DNA from: Minisyncoccia bacterium
GTDB lineage: Bacteria; Patescibacteriota; Minisyncoccia; Phycocordibacterales; UBA5272
Direction of reading: 5' to 3'
DNA: 64,000 nt
Assembly (NCBI GenBank): GCA_038256975.1
Contig: JBBSJU010000002.1
Coordinates: 1,064-65,063, forward strand
Below the pieces are notes generated by a model. That model was not told the DNA's origin. It was given only the letters and a program-made list of their open reading frames with translations, and did not search any database. Within the stretch, counting starts at the first letter, position 1. Each line of letters starts with the position of its first letter. Below, piece by piece: positions 37,239 to 46,313 of this stretch. Made by a program: the position numbers and the translations under genes.

Positions 37239-37961
37239 ATGAAGCAGCGCCTAGATCTCGCTATTGTCTCTCGCAGCTTGTGTCGTAGTCGAACTGAGGC
37301 ACAGGATAGAATTACTCACGGTAAAGTACTTGTTAATGGAGTAGTAGAATCAAAACCGGCCAAAGAGGTCTCTGATACTGACACTATACGAATCACAGAG
37401 TATATGCCATTTGCTTCCCGTGGTGGAGTGAAGCTACAGCACGCGATTGAATATTTTCACATAGATATACAAGGAAAAACACTGCTTGATGTTGGCTCAT
37501 CGACAGGAGGCTTTACCGATTGTCTTTTGCAAAACGGTGCACAAAAGGTATATGCGGTTGATGTGGGAACATTTCAAATGGTGGATACGATTAAAACAGA
37601 TTCTCGGGTAGTGCTTATGGAGCAGACAGATATTCGTGAAGCCGTGCTTCCTGAACGTGTTCACGGCATTGTTGTCGATGTCTCGTTCATCTCGCTTTCA
37701 AAAATACTTCCCACTCTCTCGAAGTTTATTCTCCCAGGAGGATTCATTATTGCGCTCATCAAGCCGCAGTTTGAAGTGGGTCAGGCAAATCTCGGGAAGG
37801 GGGGTATCGTTGTAAGCGACGAAGCTCGTGAGGATGCAGTAACCGCCGTTTTAAAAAGCGCAACTGAAAATGGGATTTCTATACGTGACGTAACTCCATC
37901 ACCTATTGTTGGTGGTGATGGGAATAAAGAATTTTTACTTTACGGAATATATGCTCTCTAA
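37239..37961 (+). CDS. tlyA: TlyA-family rRNA 2'-O-methyltransferase (S4 domain + FtsJ-like MTase)
   Basis: S4-like RLDLAIVSRSL...; SAM-binding LDVGSSTGGFTD. Confidence 0.85.
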   Translation: MKQRLDLAIVSRSLCRSRTEAQDRITHGKVLVNGVVESKPAKEVSDTDTIRITEYMPFASRGGVKLQHAIEYFHIDIQGKTLLDVGSSTGGFTDCLLQNGAQKVYAVDVGTFQMVDTIKTDSRVVLMEQTDIREAVLPERVHGIVVDVSFISLSKILPTLSKFILPGGFIIALIKPQFEVGQANLGKGGIVVSDEAREDAVTAVLKSATENGISIRDVTPSPIVGGDGNKEFLLYGIYAL

Positions 37962-38556
37962 GGAAGAAAAATTTGAAGCGCTTAAAGAAATTCGCGATGA
38001 ACTCCTTGTGTTTAGCCAGTCGCCACTTTATGAATATCGAACAAAAAATAAATTCTTTCCAGTTATAGGAGAGGGGAGTCATGATGCGCACATTATGATT
38101 ATTGGAGAGGCACCAGGAAAAAAAGAAGCACTCACTGGACGGCCGTTTTGTGGCGCATCAGGAAAATTTTTAGATGAGTTGTGTGCTCATATTGGTCTGG
38201 ATCGCAAAGATGTCTATGTGACTAATATTGTAAAAGATAGACCGGAAGACAACAGAGATCCTTCACAGACAGAAATAAACCTATACGGACCCTTTTTAGA
38301 TAGACAGCTTGAAATTATCCAACCAAGAGTTATTGCAACCTTGGGGCGATTTTCAATGGTCTACATTATGGAAAAACTCGGACTAAAAAATGACGTACAG
38401 CCTATCTCTATACTTCACGGGAAAGTTTTACAGGGCAAACTTCCGTATGGCGACGTGGCACTTGTTTCTTTGTATCATCCAGCCGTGGCGCTTTATAACG
38501 GTAGTATGCGAGACGTTCTTAAAAAAGATTTTGAAAGTCTGAAAGAATTTATATAG
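37951..38556 (+). CDS. uracil-DNA glycosylase, family 4
   Basis: GEAPGKKEALTGRPFCGASGKFLDELC motif; 11-nt overlap with tlyA. Confidence 0.8.
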   Translation: MLSKEEKFEALKEIRDELLVFSQSPLYEYRTKNKFFPVIGEGSHDAHIMIIGEAPGKKEALTGRPFCGASGKFLDELCAHIGLDRKDVYVTNIVKDRPEDNRDPSQTEINLYGPFLDRQLEIIQPRVIATLGRFSMVYIMEKLGLKNDVQPISILHGKVLQGKLPYGDVALVSLYHPAVALYNGSMRDVLKKDFESLKEFI

Positions 38557-38586
38557 TAGTATACTATAATGTAGCTACAACATAGT

Positions 38587-39177
38587 ATGATAAGTAAAAA
38601 GGTTCTGGAAAAAGAGTACCAAAATAAATCAATTGCTGAGATTGCAAGAAAATATAAACTAGCAACAAGCACCGTTCAGTCTTGGTTTAAGAAGTACGCA
38701 ATAAAAACACGGTCAATTAGTGAGGGTGTGTATCTTAAGCATAACCCAAAAGGTGATCCATTTTCTTTTAGAAAACCAAAAAATATACAGGAGAGTTTTT
38801 TATCGGGATTAGGTGTGGGTTTATTTTGGGGTGAGGGCACAAAAGCGAAATCAACATCAATTCGTCTCGGAAATACGGATCCTGATTTAATCAGACAGTT
38901 CGTAAGGTTTTTAGATACGATATTAGGTATTCCAAAAAACAAATTAAAATTTAGCTTGCAGATATTTTCTGACATGAATCCGATAGCGGCGCAACAATTT
39001 TGGATAAAATATCTAAAGGTCTCAGACTCTCAATTTACTAAGACTACTATTACAAAGTCTCGGGGATTGGGGACGTATAAAACAAAGACAAAATATGGCG
39101 TTCTTATTGTGTATTTTCATAATAAAAAAGCTCGTGATTTCATGATTGGTATGTTAGAATCTCTACGTTGTTATTAA
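38587..39177 (+). CDS. HTH + LAGLIDADG-like (homing-endonuclease-like) domain protein
   Basis: N-terminal HTH (SIAEIARKYKLATSTVQSWFKKY); FLSGLGVGLFWGEGTK loosely resembles a LAGLIDADG motif. Weak. Confidence 0.3.
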   Translation: MISKKVLEKEYQNKSIAEIARKYKLATSTVQSWFKKYAIKTRSISEGVYLKHNPKGDPFSFRKPKNIQESFLSGLGVGLFWGEGTKAKSTSIRLGNTDPDLIRQFVRFLDTILGIPKNKLKFSLQIFSDMNPIAAQQFWIKYLKVSDSQFTKTTITKSRGLGTYKTKTKYGVLIVYFHNKKARDFMIGMLESLRCY

Positions 39178-39192
39178 GCAACATAAGTATAA

Positions 39193-39459
39193 GCCGATGT
39201 AGCTCAGACGGTAGAGCAACTCCATGGTTATCGTATAGCCCACTTTTTTGGAAACAAGATCGTGAATCCTGAATAACGGTTAAAGCTCTGTAAATGGGTA
39301 AGACCGTGGCGATTAAAAATCGCCCGAACGACTGACAAAGGGTACTAAGTTTAAAAAATATGTACAAGATACAGTCTAGTCCTCTTATAAGTTATTTTGT
39401 AATGAAGTAGAGGTGTAAAACGAAGGAGTAGGTCGCCGGTTCGATTCCGGCCATTGGCT
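39193..39459 (+). tRNA. intron-containing tRNA (exons 39193-39228 and 39423-39459); spliced anticodon loop AUGGUAA gives tRNA-Thr(GGU) under the proposed splice sites
   Basis: 5' half GCCGATGTAGCTCAGACGGTAGAGCAACTCCATGGT has acceptor, D arm and the 5' anticodon stem. 3' half AAGGAGTAGGTCGCCGGTTCGATTCCGGCCATTGGCT has the 3' anticodon stem, T arm and acceptor, and pairs with GCCGATG through one G-U pair. The two halves are about 194 nt apart. Confidence 0.55.
39229..39422 (+). other. putative group I intron in the tRNA anticodon loop
   Basis: 5' exon ends in U paired to G in a P1-like helix (GGU|UAUcguAUAGCC); intron ends in G; S-element-like AAGATACAGTC with P7-like GACTG/CAGTC; P9 hairpin CCTCT...AGAGG; internal hairpin GGCGATTaaaaATCGCC. 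Confidence 0.45.
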
Positions 39460-39596
39460 CAAAAGATAGTTTATATTGTTTACCGAGATGAATGGATTTG
39501 TGCTGGTTCCACTTAGTTGTTAAAATATCAAGGTTGGCTACACCCGTAGCTGATGCTGTGCAATGATGTACAGCTGTTCTTTCAAGGGAGTAAAAA

Positions 39597-40454
39597 GTGA
39601 AGAAATATTTGTTGAAGTTAACTACACTTCTCGGAGTGGTACTGTTCTCGTTGCCAACTTACGCGCAGCAGTTCATAAATTTCCCCGTAACGGGACTTGG
39701 TCCGTTCACGCCAGGAATCATGAGTTCTGTACTCGACCACGAAGTGCCTCACACTTTGGTCGTGGGATCGCCGCCGTTCGGCGCACCTTCGTCGGTTGGA
39801 CCATACGGCTATAGTGGGGCTGTGCTTTCCTTTACGGGAGAGTTCTTTCTCGCCTCGTCACCGACGTACCCTAATCAGAACCTGGGGTGTTATCCGAAAC
39901 CTTCGAATGCGAACCAGACGTCGACTTGGCGTGCTGTTCTGCAGAGTGTGTATACCGGAACGACCGGCTGCTTGACGAATGTTGCACTCAACTACGACAA
40001 TCACCCGGGATATGATTACATTATCTCGAGTGGGACAAACGTGCATCCTGCAGCCAGTGGGAACATCATCTTCATGAAGTGCATCAAGACGTTCACCAAC
40101 GCTGGTACTTGTGAGTCGTATGGCGCAGTCGCTGTCGACCATGGGAACGCATTCGTGACGCAATATCTACATATGTCGAACCTGAACTACGGTGTCGCGA
40201 CTAGCGGTTTGAACCAGCCTGTCACTACGAGCTGGGTTCTTGGAAAGGTTGCTGGCGTTGCACCTGGCGGAGTCCCGATCCATCTGCATCTGGAAGTGTT
40301 ACAGCGGAAAGCCTCGCCACCAAATGCAACCAACTACTACGCCCGGGAGAATTACACAATAGTTGACCCTTATGGGTATCGCACAGCATCTTTCTATGCA
40401 GATCTGCTGCTATCGAAGCCTGGATGTCTCTGGGTGGGTGGTTGTTCTTACTGA
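39597..40454 (+). CDS. secreted M23-family (LytM-like) metallopeptidase, GC-rich gene
   Basis: GTG start with AGGGAG SD; signal peptide; HPGYDY (HxxxD) and HLHLEV (HxH) M23 motifs; GC clearly above surroundings. Confidence 0.65.
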   Translation: MKKYLLKLTTLLGVVLFSLPTYAQQFINFPVTGLGPFTPGIMSSVLDHEVPHTLVVGSPPFGAPSSVGPYGYSGAVLSFTGEFFLASSPTYPNQNLGCYPKPSNANQTSTWRAVLQSVYTGTTGCLTNVALNYDNHPGYDYIISSGTNVHPAASGNIIFMKCIKTFTNAGTCESYGAVAVDHGNAFVTQYLHMSNLNYGVATSGLNQPVTTSWVLGKVAGVAPGGVPIHLHLEVLQRKASPPNATNYYARENYTIVDPYGYRTASFYADLLLSKPGCLWVGGCSY

Positions 40455-40476
40455 TTCAGTCATCCTTCGCCTTCAA

Positions 40477-40507
40477 CGGCAAGAGCTTGTCTCTTGCCGT
40501 CTTTTTG
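40477..40507 (+). terminator. rho-independent terminator
   Basis: CGGCAAGAGcttgtCTCTTGCCGtcttttt. Confidence 0.7.
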
Positions 40508-40531
40508 TATATATAATGGTAAGATAAATCT

Positions 40532-41269
40532 ATGAATCAAAAGACTATTATTAGTGCAGTAATAATTCTGGTAGTTCCCATATGTGGTCTCATAGTTTGG
40601 AAACTCCCGAAGGTACCCAGTACTCCAGTAGTTAGTACTTCAGATGTTGTGACGATCGAAACTGCCCTTACGCAGTTACAGAGTGATATGGTGAATATCA
40701 CCCCACACCTTGTCGTGCCGACTTGGCAGCAGGGACAGATGCTCACTACCGACGAGAAAAAGATAGAAGCGAATATAGGTATGTTACTGACTGCGCAGTA
40801 TGTAGTGACATACCCAAAAAATCCAGTCTTTAAATTCAGGCCAGGAAATGATTTTTGGATCAACGCCATTGGGAAGAGATATATTCTTGCTGCACTAGCA
40901 GGTGCGGATAGCTTAACTGACGTAATCATCGATTCGCAAACTGGACAGGTCACACCTATCTCTAAAACTTTACGACATTACTTTGCACCAGAAAGAGACA
41001 TTGTACTTTATATCGACAAACAATCTCTCTATACTTATTCACTCGATCAAGCAACAACGACGCTTGTGGCAGGATCGCAGCTTAGTGGAACAGAAACCTA
41101 TCACAATGGCTATATAGACGGGGTAGGGATACAAATTAACCCACAGGAGACACATACAAAAAACAGTATTACTATATCAATTTTCGACTCGAGTAAAATG
41201 GTAGAGAATCCTGATGTTCCAGGAGCACAAATGTACGCGAAGATTGGACAAAAGGCACTGTCATTCTAA
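40532..41269 (+). CDS. hypothetical membrane-anchored/secreted protein
   Basis: N-terminal TM (IISAVIILVVPICGLIVW); no motif. Confidence 0.4.
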   Translation: MNQKTIISAVIILVVPICGLIVWKLPKVPSTPVVSTSDVVTIETALTQLQSDMVNITPHLVVPTWQQGQMLTTDEKKIEANIGMLLTAQYVVTYPKNPVFKFRPGNDFWINAIGKRYILAALAGADSLTDVIIDSQTGQVTPISKTLRHYFAPERDIVLYIDKQSLYTYSLDQATTTLVAGSQLSGTETYHNGYIDGVGIQINPQETHTKNSITISIFDSSKMVENPDVPGAQMYAKIGQKALSF

Positions 41270-41331
41270 AAAGATTAGCCTAGGGGTTCATTCACGGGTT
41301 TAGGTAATAATTTTTGATTTATATTGGATAC

Positions 41332-41360
41332 TTGCATTATTCAAAAAAGTGTTGTATATT
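41332..41360 (+). promoter_or_regulatory. sigma70-like promoter with about 130-nt 5' UTR for the DEAD-box helicase
   Basis: TTGCAT, 17 nt, TATATT. Confidence 0.4.
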
Positions 41361-41498
41361 AGGCAGTAATACATTTGCTTCGTAGATTTTAGGGTAGTTT
41401 ATTTTCTCCTTGTCTGATCTATCCGAGCGAGTGTTTCTGAGCGAATTTTATTTTTTCGCTGTACGTACAGCTCGGAGCGTATAGAACAATCACATACA

Positions 41499-42836
41499 AT
41501 GACTTCATCTTATTCAGGTGGCTTTGCAGCAAAGCGACCATTTCACTCGTCTCGACCAGTTCGAAGCGGTGGCTCTTCTTTTGGTGCTCCACGACCATCT
41601 TTCCGAGGAGCGGCTTCGCATGGTGGCGGACATAGTTCACCTCGTCCACACGGTGGTTCTTCATACGGAGGATCTCGTGGTGGCTTTGGTGGTGGCCGAC
41701 GATTCTCTAAACCAAAACGTTCTTTTGGCGAGTCTATCGACGTGTCAAAATTTATTTACAAACCAACAGGTGTCCACAAAGCGCCAATCTACGAAGTACA
41801 GCATCAGTTTTCTGATTTCAAATTTTCAGAACCAATATCTCGTAATTTAGCAATGCGTGGTTTTATTGCTCCAACACCAATTCAAGATCAGACGATTACG
41901 CACGCGATGGGAGGTCGCGACATTATTGGTCTTGCAAGTACTGGTTCTGGTAAGACAGGCGCGTTCTTACTTCCCCTTATTGAAAAACTTGCTCAAGATC
42001 GAACACAAAAAGTTCTTATTCTCGCACCAACTCGTGAGCTTGCGATGCAGATCAATGAGGAACTTCGTGAGTTCTCACATGGTATGCGACTATTTTCAAC
42101 GGTGTGTGTGGGAGGTATGTCTATTTACAATCAAATTCAACATCTCCGAAGACTCAATCACTTTGTGATTGGTACTCCGGGACGACTCCAAGATCTTTCA
42201 GATCGAAAGATTATTGATTTCTCAGAATTCAATAATATTGTTATCGACGAGTTTGACCATATGCTCGACATGGGATTCATCGACGCTATTACTGCTATTT
42301 TGAAAAAGCTTCCTACAGAACGACAGTCACTTTTCTTTTCAGCGACAATGCCACCGCGAATTAAAACAATTGTGCATGATTTCCTCAAGAATCCTTTTTC
42401 AATTGACATTGGCTCTGGTATTAGTACCAAAAACGTTGAACAAGACGTGATCCGTGTACTTGACCGACGGCACAAAATTGTGGAGCTTGAAAAGCTTCTT
42501 TCTGCAAAAGATGCAACTCGATGTCTTATTTTTGCTGAAACAAAGAGAGAAGTAGAGGCCCTTTATGAAGATCTTCGAGCAAAAGGATTGCAGGTCGCAT
42601 ATTTGCATGGCGATAAACGACAGCGTGAACGAGAACGAACACTACGATCATTTAAAGATGGCGAGGTAAATATTCTTATCGCAACCGACGTAGCAGCTCG
42701 TGGAATTGACGTAAAAGACGTAAGTCACGTTATTAATTACACTGTGCCTCAGACTCACGATGACTATGTGCACCGTATTGGACGAACAGGTCGTGGTGGA
42801 AAGATAGGGAAGGCGTTTACCTTTATTAGCGCATAA
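41499..42836 (+). CDS. DEAD-box ATP-dependent RNA helicase with N-terminal Gly/Ser/Arg-rich region
   Basis: Q motif, Walker A ASTGSGKTGAF, motif II VIDEFDHML (DEFD variant), SAT, HRIGRTGRGG. Confidence 0.9.
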   Translation: MTSSYSGGFAAKRPFHSSRPVRSGGSSFGAPRPSFRGAASHGGGHSSPRPHGGSSYGGSRGGFGGGRRFSKPKRSFGESIDVSKFIYKPTGVHKAPIYEVQHQFSDFKFSEPISRNLAMRGFIAPTPIQDQTITHAMGGRDIIGLASTGSGKTGAFLLPLIEKLAQDRTQKVLILAPTRELAMQINEELREFSHGMRLFSTVCVGGMSIYNQIQHLRRLNHFVIGTPGRLQDLSDRKIIDFSEFNNIVIDEFDHMLDMGFIDAITAILKKLPTERQSLFFSATMPPRIKTIVHDFLKNPFSIDIGSGISTKNVEQDVIRVLDRRHKIVELEKLLSAKDATRCLIFAETKREVEALYEDLRAKGLQVAYLHGDKRQRERERTLRSFKDGEVNILIATDVAARGIDVKDVSHVINYTVPQTHDDYVHRIGRTGRGGKIGKAFTFISA

Positions 42837-42989
42837 ACCATATAAAACAAAGAGCCTGTGGATAACCATAGCGTTCTTTACTAATCTGTGGTATTATTGC
42901 ATCCAAGTAAGTGTCGGTTTCTTTGGGTTCAAGAGCTTGTAAGCTAGAGAACGTAGGAGAGAAGAAGAGCTTACAACAAACAACATTCT

Positions 42990-43301
42990 ATGAAAAAAAT
43001 TTATATTGGTAATCTTGCATGGTCTACTACAAACGAAAGTCTTGCAGCAGCATTCAAGCCTTTTGGTGAAGTGTCATCTGCCATCGTTATGATGGACAAA
43101 ATGACAGGACGATCACGAGGATTTGGATTCGTTGAAATGACAAACGATGCAGAAGCAGATGCAGCCATTTCAAAACTCCATGAATCAGAACTCGATGGAC
43201 GAAACATCATCGTAAACGAAGCTCGGCCTCGAGAAGAGGGAGCTATGGGAGCTGGAGCTCCACGACGAACAGGTGGATTTGGTGGCCCTCGCCGATTCTA
43301 A
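42990..43301 (+). CDS. RRM-type RNA-binding protein (glycine-rich tail)
   Basis: RNP2 IYIGNL and RNP1 RGFGFVEM. Confidence 0.85.
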   Translation: MKKIYIGNLAWSTTNESLAAAFKPFGEVSSAIVMMDKMTGRSRGFGFVEMTNDAEADAAISKLHESELDGRNIIVNEARPREEGAMGAGAPRRTGGFGGPRRF

Positions 43302-43317
43302 TCTTTTCTCAAACAAA

Positions 43318-43350
43318 ACACTCGACCCTTGGTCGGGTGTTTTGTTTTGT
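43318..43350 (+). terminator. rho-independent terminator
   Basis: CACTCGACCcttGGTCGGGTGttttgtttt. Confidence 0.65.
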
Positions 43351-43384
43351 GTGTATCTGAACTAAGTACGTTATACTACGCAGA

Positions 43385-43963
43385 ATGAAAGCGTTCTTTT
43401 CACGAAAATTATGGGTGAATCTTTTATGTGAGTTTGGCCCTGTTGTGGCTTTTTTGGCAACATACGAAATGTATGGTTTTGCCACTGCGACATATGCAAT
43501 GATTATTGCAACGATGGTTTCATTTGCGGTACTTTTTTCGTTTGAAAAACACCCTCCATATTTTGCTATTTTTAATACCATCTCAGTTCTTCTTTTTGGG
43601 AGTATTTCAATTTTTGTAGATATTCCCGATGTGTTTATTTTTCGTGACACCATATTTGACATCATTCTCGGGGGTATATTTTTAGCCAGTCTTCGATATC
43701 AAAAAACAGGCCTGGAGTTCTTTTTTGCAAATGTGTTTGCAATTACAAAAGATGGTTGGAGAGAATTCACTTTTCGTTGGGGAGTTTTTTATATCTTACT
43801 TGCTTTTACGAATGAAACTATACGTATTTTTGCATCACCTGATATGTGGGTAGAGGCAAAAGTATGGATGATCTTTGGGACGGTTATCTTTGGTTTCTAT
43901 CAACTACGCCTTACCACGCATGCACGCCTCCCCGAAGCAAATAGATTTGGACTTAGGGTATAA
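43385..43963 (+). CDS. YciB/IspZ-like intracellular septation membrane protein
   Basis: About 190 aa, 5 TM; N-terminus LCEFGPVVAFLATYEMYG parallels YciB FLDFLPLVVFFAFYKLYD. Confidence 0.45.
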   Translation: MKAFFSRKLWVNLLCEFGPVVAFLATYEMYGFATATYAMIIATMVSFAVLFSFEKHPPYFAIFNTISVLLFGSISIFVDIPDVFIFRDTIFDIILGGIFLASLRYQKTGLEFFFANVFAITKDGWREFTFRWGVFYILLAFTNETIRIFASPDMWVEAKVWMIFGTVIFGFYQLRLTTHARLPEANRFGLRV

Positions 43964-43973
43964 TGAGCTCTGT

Positions 43974-44657
43974 ATGATAACGCCCCAGGAAACCCTTGAT
44001 GCTTTGAATACTCGCTACGCGGTAAAAAAGTTTGATCGAAATAAGAAGCTTTCCGAAGAACAGCTATCTCTTCTTGAAGAAACGTTACGTTTAACCCCAT
44101 CTTCTTTTGGATTCGAGCCGTGGAAATTTGTCGTCATCACTGATGAGGTTATTCGTCAAAAACTTGACCCATATTCTATGGGCAACAAGCAGGTTACAAC
44201 AGCCGCAGCTCTCATCGTTTTATGCACACAAGATCATGTTGGTAATCGGGATGTGCGGGCATTTTTAGATAGGACGATGAAGATAAGAAGCGTGTCGGAA
44301 ACGGTTCTTTCAGGACTTAAAAAAACACTTTATGGTATTGTATGGGCGCGAAATTTAAATATGTGGCTCCTCGGTATTCCTGAATTTATTTTTGGCACTA
44401 AAATCTTTCGACAGTGGCAAACGAAGCAGGTGTATATTGCACTCGGTAACCTTATCTCCGTATGTGCACACCAAAAAATAGATGCGGCACCGATGGAAGG
44501 ATTTGATCAGCGTGCATATAAAAGAATTCTAGGAGAGTATATGGAAGGATTTTCTCCGGTTGTTTTATGTGCGGTAGGATATCGTGCAAAAGACGACTCT
44601 TTTGCCTCAATGGCGAAAGTAAGAAAAACAAAAGAGGAAGTTATAACAAGGGTCTAA
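43974..44657 (+). CDS. nitroreductase-family protein
   Basis: RYAVKKFD N-terminal FMN-contacting motif and the nitroreductase-fold length; start placed after the stop of the upstream gene. Confidence 0.65.
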   Translation: MITPQETLDALNTRYAVKKFDRNKKLSEEQLSLLEETLRLTPSSFGFEPWKFVVITDEVIRQKLDPYSMGNKQVTTAAALIVLCTQDHVGNRDVRAFLDRTMKIRSVSETVLSGLKKTLYGIVWARNLNMWLLGIPEFIFGTKIFRQWQTKQVYIALGNLISVCAHQKIDAAPMEGFDQRAYKRILGEYMEGFSPVVLCAVGYRAKDDSFASMAKVRKTKEEVITRV

Positions 44658-44691
44658 AAAATACACGCCGACATTCGTCGGCGTGTATTTT
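44657..44691. terminator. bidirectional rho-independent terminator
   Basis: AAAATACACGCCGACattcGTCGGCGTGTATTTT. Confidence 0.7.
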
Positions 44692-44707
44692 AAGCCATCC
44701 ACGAGTT

Positions 44708-44992
44708 CTAAAGTCCTTCAAAGGGATTTGTTGTTTCTGTACTATTAAATCCGGACATGTCTACAAGTGCTGCATCTATACTCGCACTTGTTTCTGTGTT
44801 TGTTGTTCCGTTGGCAGTATTTTCATTAGGGATATCTTCTTCCGAAACATTATTTTCGGCATCTTTTGCATCGAGCGTGTTCATTTGCGTAAAGGTATTT
44901 GTAAGGACACGTTCATTGCTTGGCGTCACAAAAGTTGTGTATGCAATATAGCCAAGTATTACAATAGCTATGAGGATGAGTACTTTCTTCAT
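44708..44992 (-). CDS. small secreted Asn/Thr-rich protein
   Basis: Signal/TM MKKVLILIAIVILGYIAYT then low-complexity acidic/polar region. Confidence 0.35.
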   Translation of the reverse strand: MKKVLILIAIVILGYIAYTTFVTPSNERVLTNTFTQMNTLDAKDAENNVSEEDIPNENTANGTTNTETSASIDAALVDMSGFNSTETTNPFEGL

Positions 44993-44996
44993 ACGG

Positions 44997-45539
44997 TTAG
45001 TTTGCTGTAGAGACTGGTTTACGATATGACTTGAGATTTTGGAGTGTTACTTTAAGAGTTCCATCAATATATGTTTTTATATCTCGTCGGTCAGCCATTA
45101 CTTTTTGATGAAGCACACGTGCTGCTTCCAAGGTTGTCTTAAATTGTCCTTGTGAGGCACCGCACGCAAACTGTTTCGACTCAGTTAGTTTGGCAATAAA
45201 GGCCGCTTTATCAGTTCGAAGAAGTGTTTTCTTTTCAATAAGCACTTTGATTTGGGCATCAAGCGTTGTCGTGTCTGCGCCATTTGTCTTTAACTTTGCC
45301 GACACTTCATTTAAACGAGTCTCTATTTTTAAAAGTTGTGCATCAACATCTGCACTGTAAGTGCTGTATTTGCTAACTCGTGCATCAACTCGTGAAGTTA
45401 TTCGAGAACAAGCCATTTCCATTTTACCCGTGTCACGTTTTGTTACGGGGGCACTTGTTGCGCTGCTTTCTTGTGCAAAAGTACTTGTTGCAAGCAAGGA
45501 GAACGCAAGGGCAATTACAAATCCATATTTTTTATTCAT
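44997..45539 (-). CDS. secreted coiled-coil protein
   Basis: Start placed at MNKKYGFVIALAFSLLATSTFAQ (signal peptide); the longer upstream reading is unlikely. Confidence 0.4.
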   Translation of the reverse strand: MNKKYGFVIALAFSLLATSTFAQESSATSAPVTKRDTGKMEMACSRITSRVDARVSKYSTYSADVDAQLLKIETRLNEVSAKLKTNGADTTTLDAQIKVLIEKKTLLRTDKAAFIAKLTESKQFACGASQGQFKTTLEAARVLHQKVMADRRDIKTYIDGTLKVTLQNLKSYRKPVSTAN

Positions 45540-45616
45540 ACCTATGTAGTATACACCTTGCGTGCAATGGAGATGTTGCAGGACTGTGCACAACAAGCTA
45601 ATCCTCCTTACGTAGA

Positions 45617-46261
45617 TTAATGTGCAATCGTGATTGCGGAGACCTTTTTTGCTCCAGCCTGAAAACATACCTTCTCTAGTTCTCGGAGTGTGCTTCCTGT
45701 GGTTGTTACATCATCAATAATGTATATGGTTTGCCGGTCGAGTACTTTAGGTTCCATCACCTGGAAAGCGTTACGCATATTTACCAAGCGGTCCTTTCTG
45801 GTGAGCCCCGTTTGCGCCTTTGTGTTGAGTCGTACTATTGCTTTGCTGCATACCTTGTAACGCACAGGCTCTTGTTCTTGTATTTTGGTACATAAGTATT
45901 CCATTGCATCAAATCCTCGTATTCGAACGTGGGTTTTCATATTTGGAACAGGAAGAAGAATAACTTGAGTTTGTTCGTTGAGGGCGATATCCGCTCCTTG
46001 TATTTCTTGAATAGTTTCGTGCATAAGTGGGGCAAAACAGTCTGCAACTGAGCGCATGTGTTTAAATTTAAGCGCATGAATTGTATTTCTGACACCATGG
46101 TCTTGATAAGAAAATAGGCTATGTATCCAAGGATCTTCTTGATAGGGGGCGAGGGGGAAACCTTGCAGGCACATTTCACAAACAGAAACATTTCTTTTGC
46201 CACACACAACACATGTTTCTGGAAAAAGAAAGGAAATAATCCTTGAGAAGAATGATTTCAT
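45617..46261 (-). CDS. comFC: ComF-family protein (competence; Zn-finger + phosphoribosyltransferase domain)
   Basis: N-terminal CxxC...CxxC and C-terminal PRTase motif IYIIDDVTTTGSTL. Confidence 0.8.
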   Translation of the reverse strand: MKSFFSRIISFLFPETCVVCGKRNVSVCEMCLQGFPLAPYQEDPWIHSLFSYQDHGVRNTIHALKFKHMRSVADCFAPLMHETIQEIQGADIALNEQTQVILLPVPNMKTHVRIRGFDAMEYLCTKIQEQEPVRYKVCSKAIVRLNTKAQTGLTRKDRLVNMRNAFQVMEPKVLDRQTIYIIDDVTTTGSTLRELEKVCFQAGAKKVSAITIAH

Positions 46262-46313
46262 AGATTAATGTATGGGTAGCGGTATTATATAGCGTGATAT
46301 ACTAGGAAAAAGC

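Noticed and set aside
41419-41664. 81-aa minus-strand ORF overlapping the start of the DEAD-box helicase gene
   Set aside because: Antisense shadow ORF inside the Gly/Arg-rich coding region of a well-supported gene.
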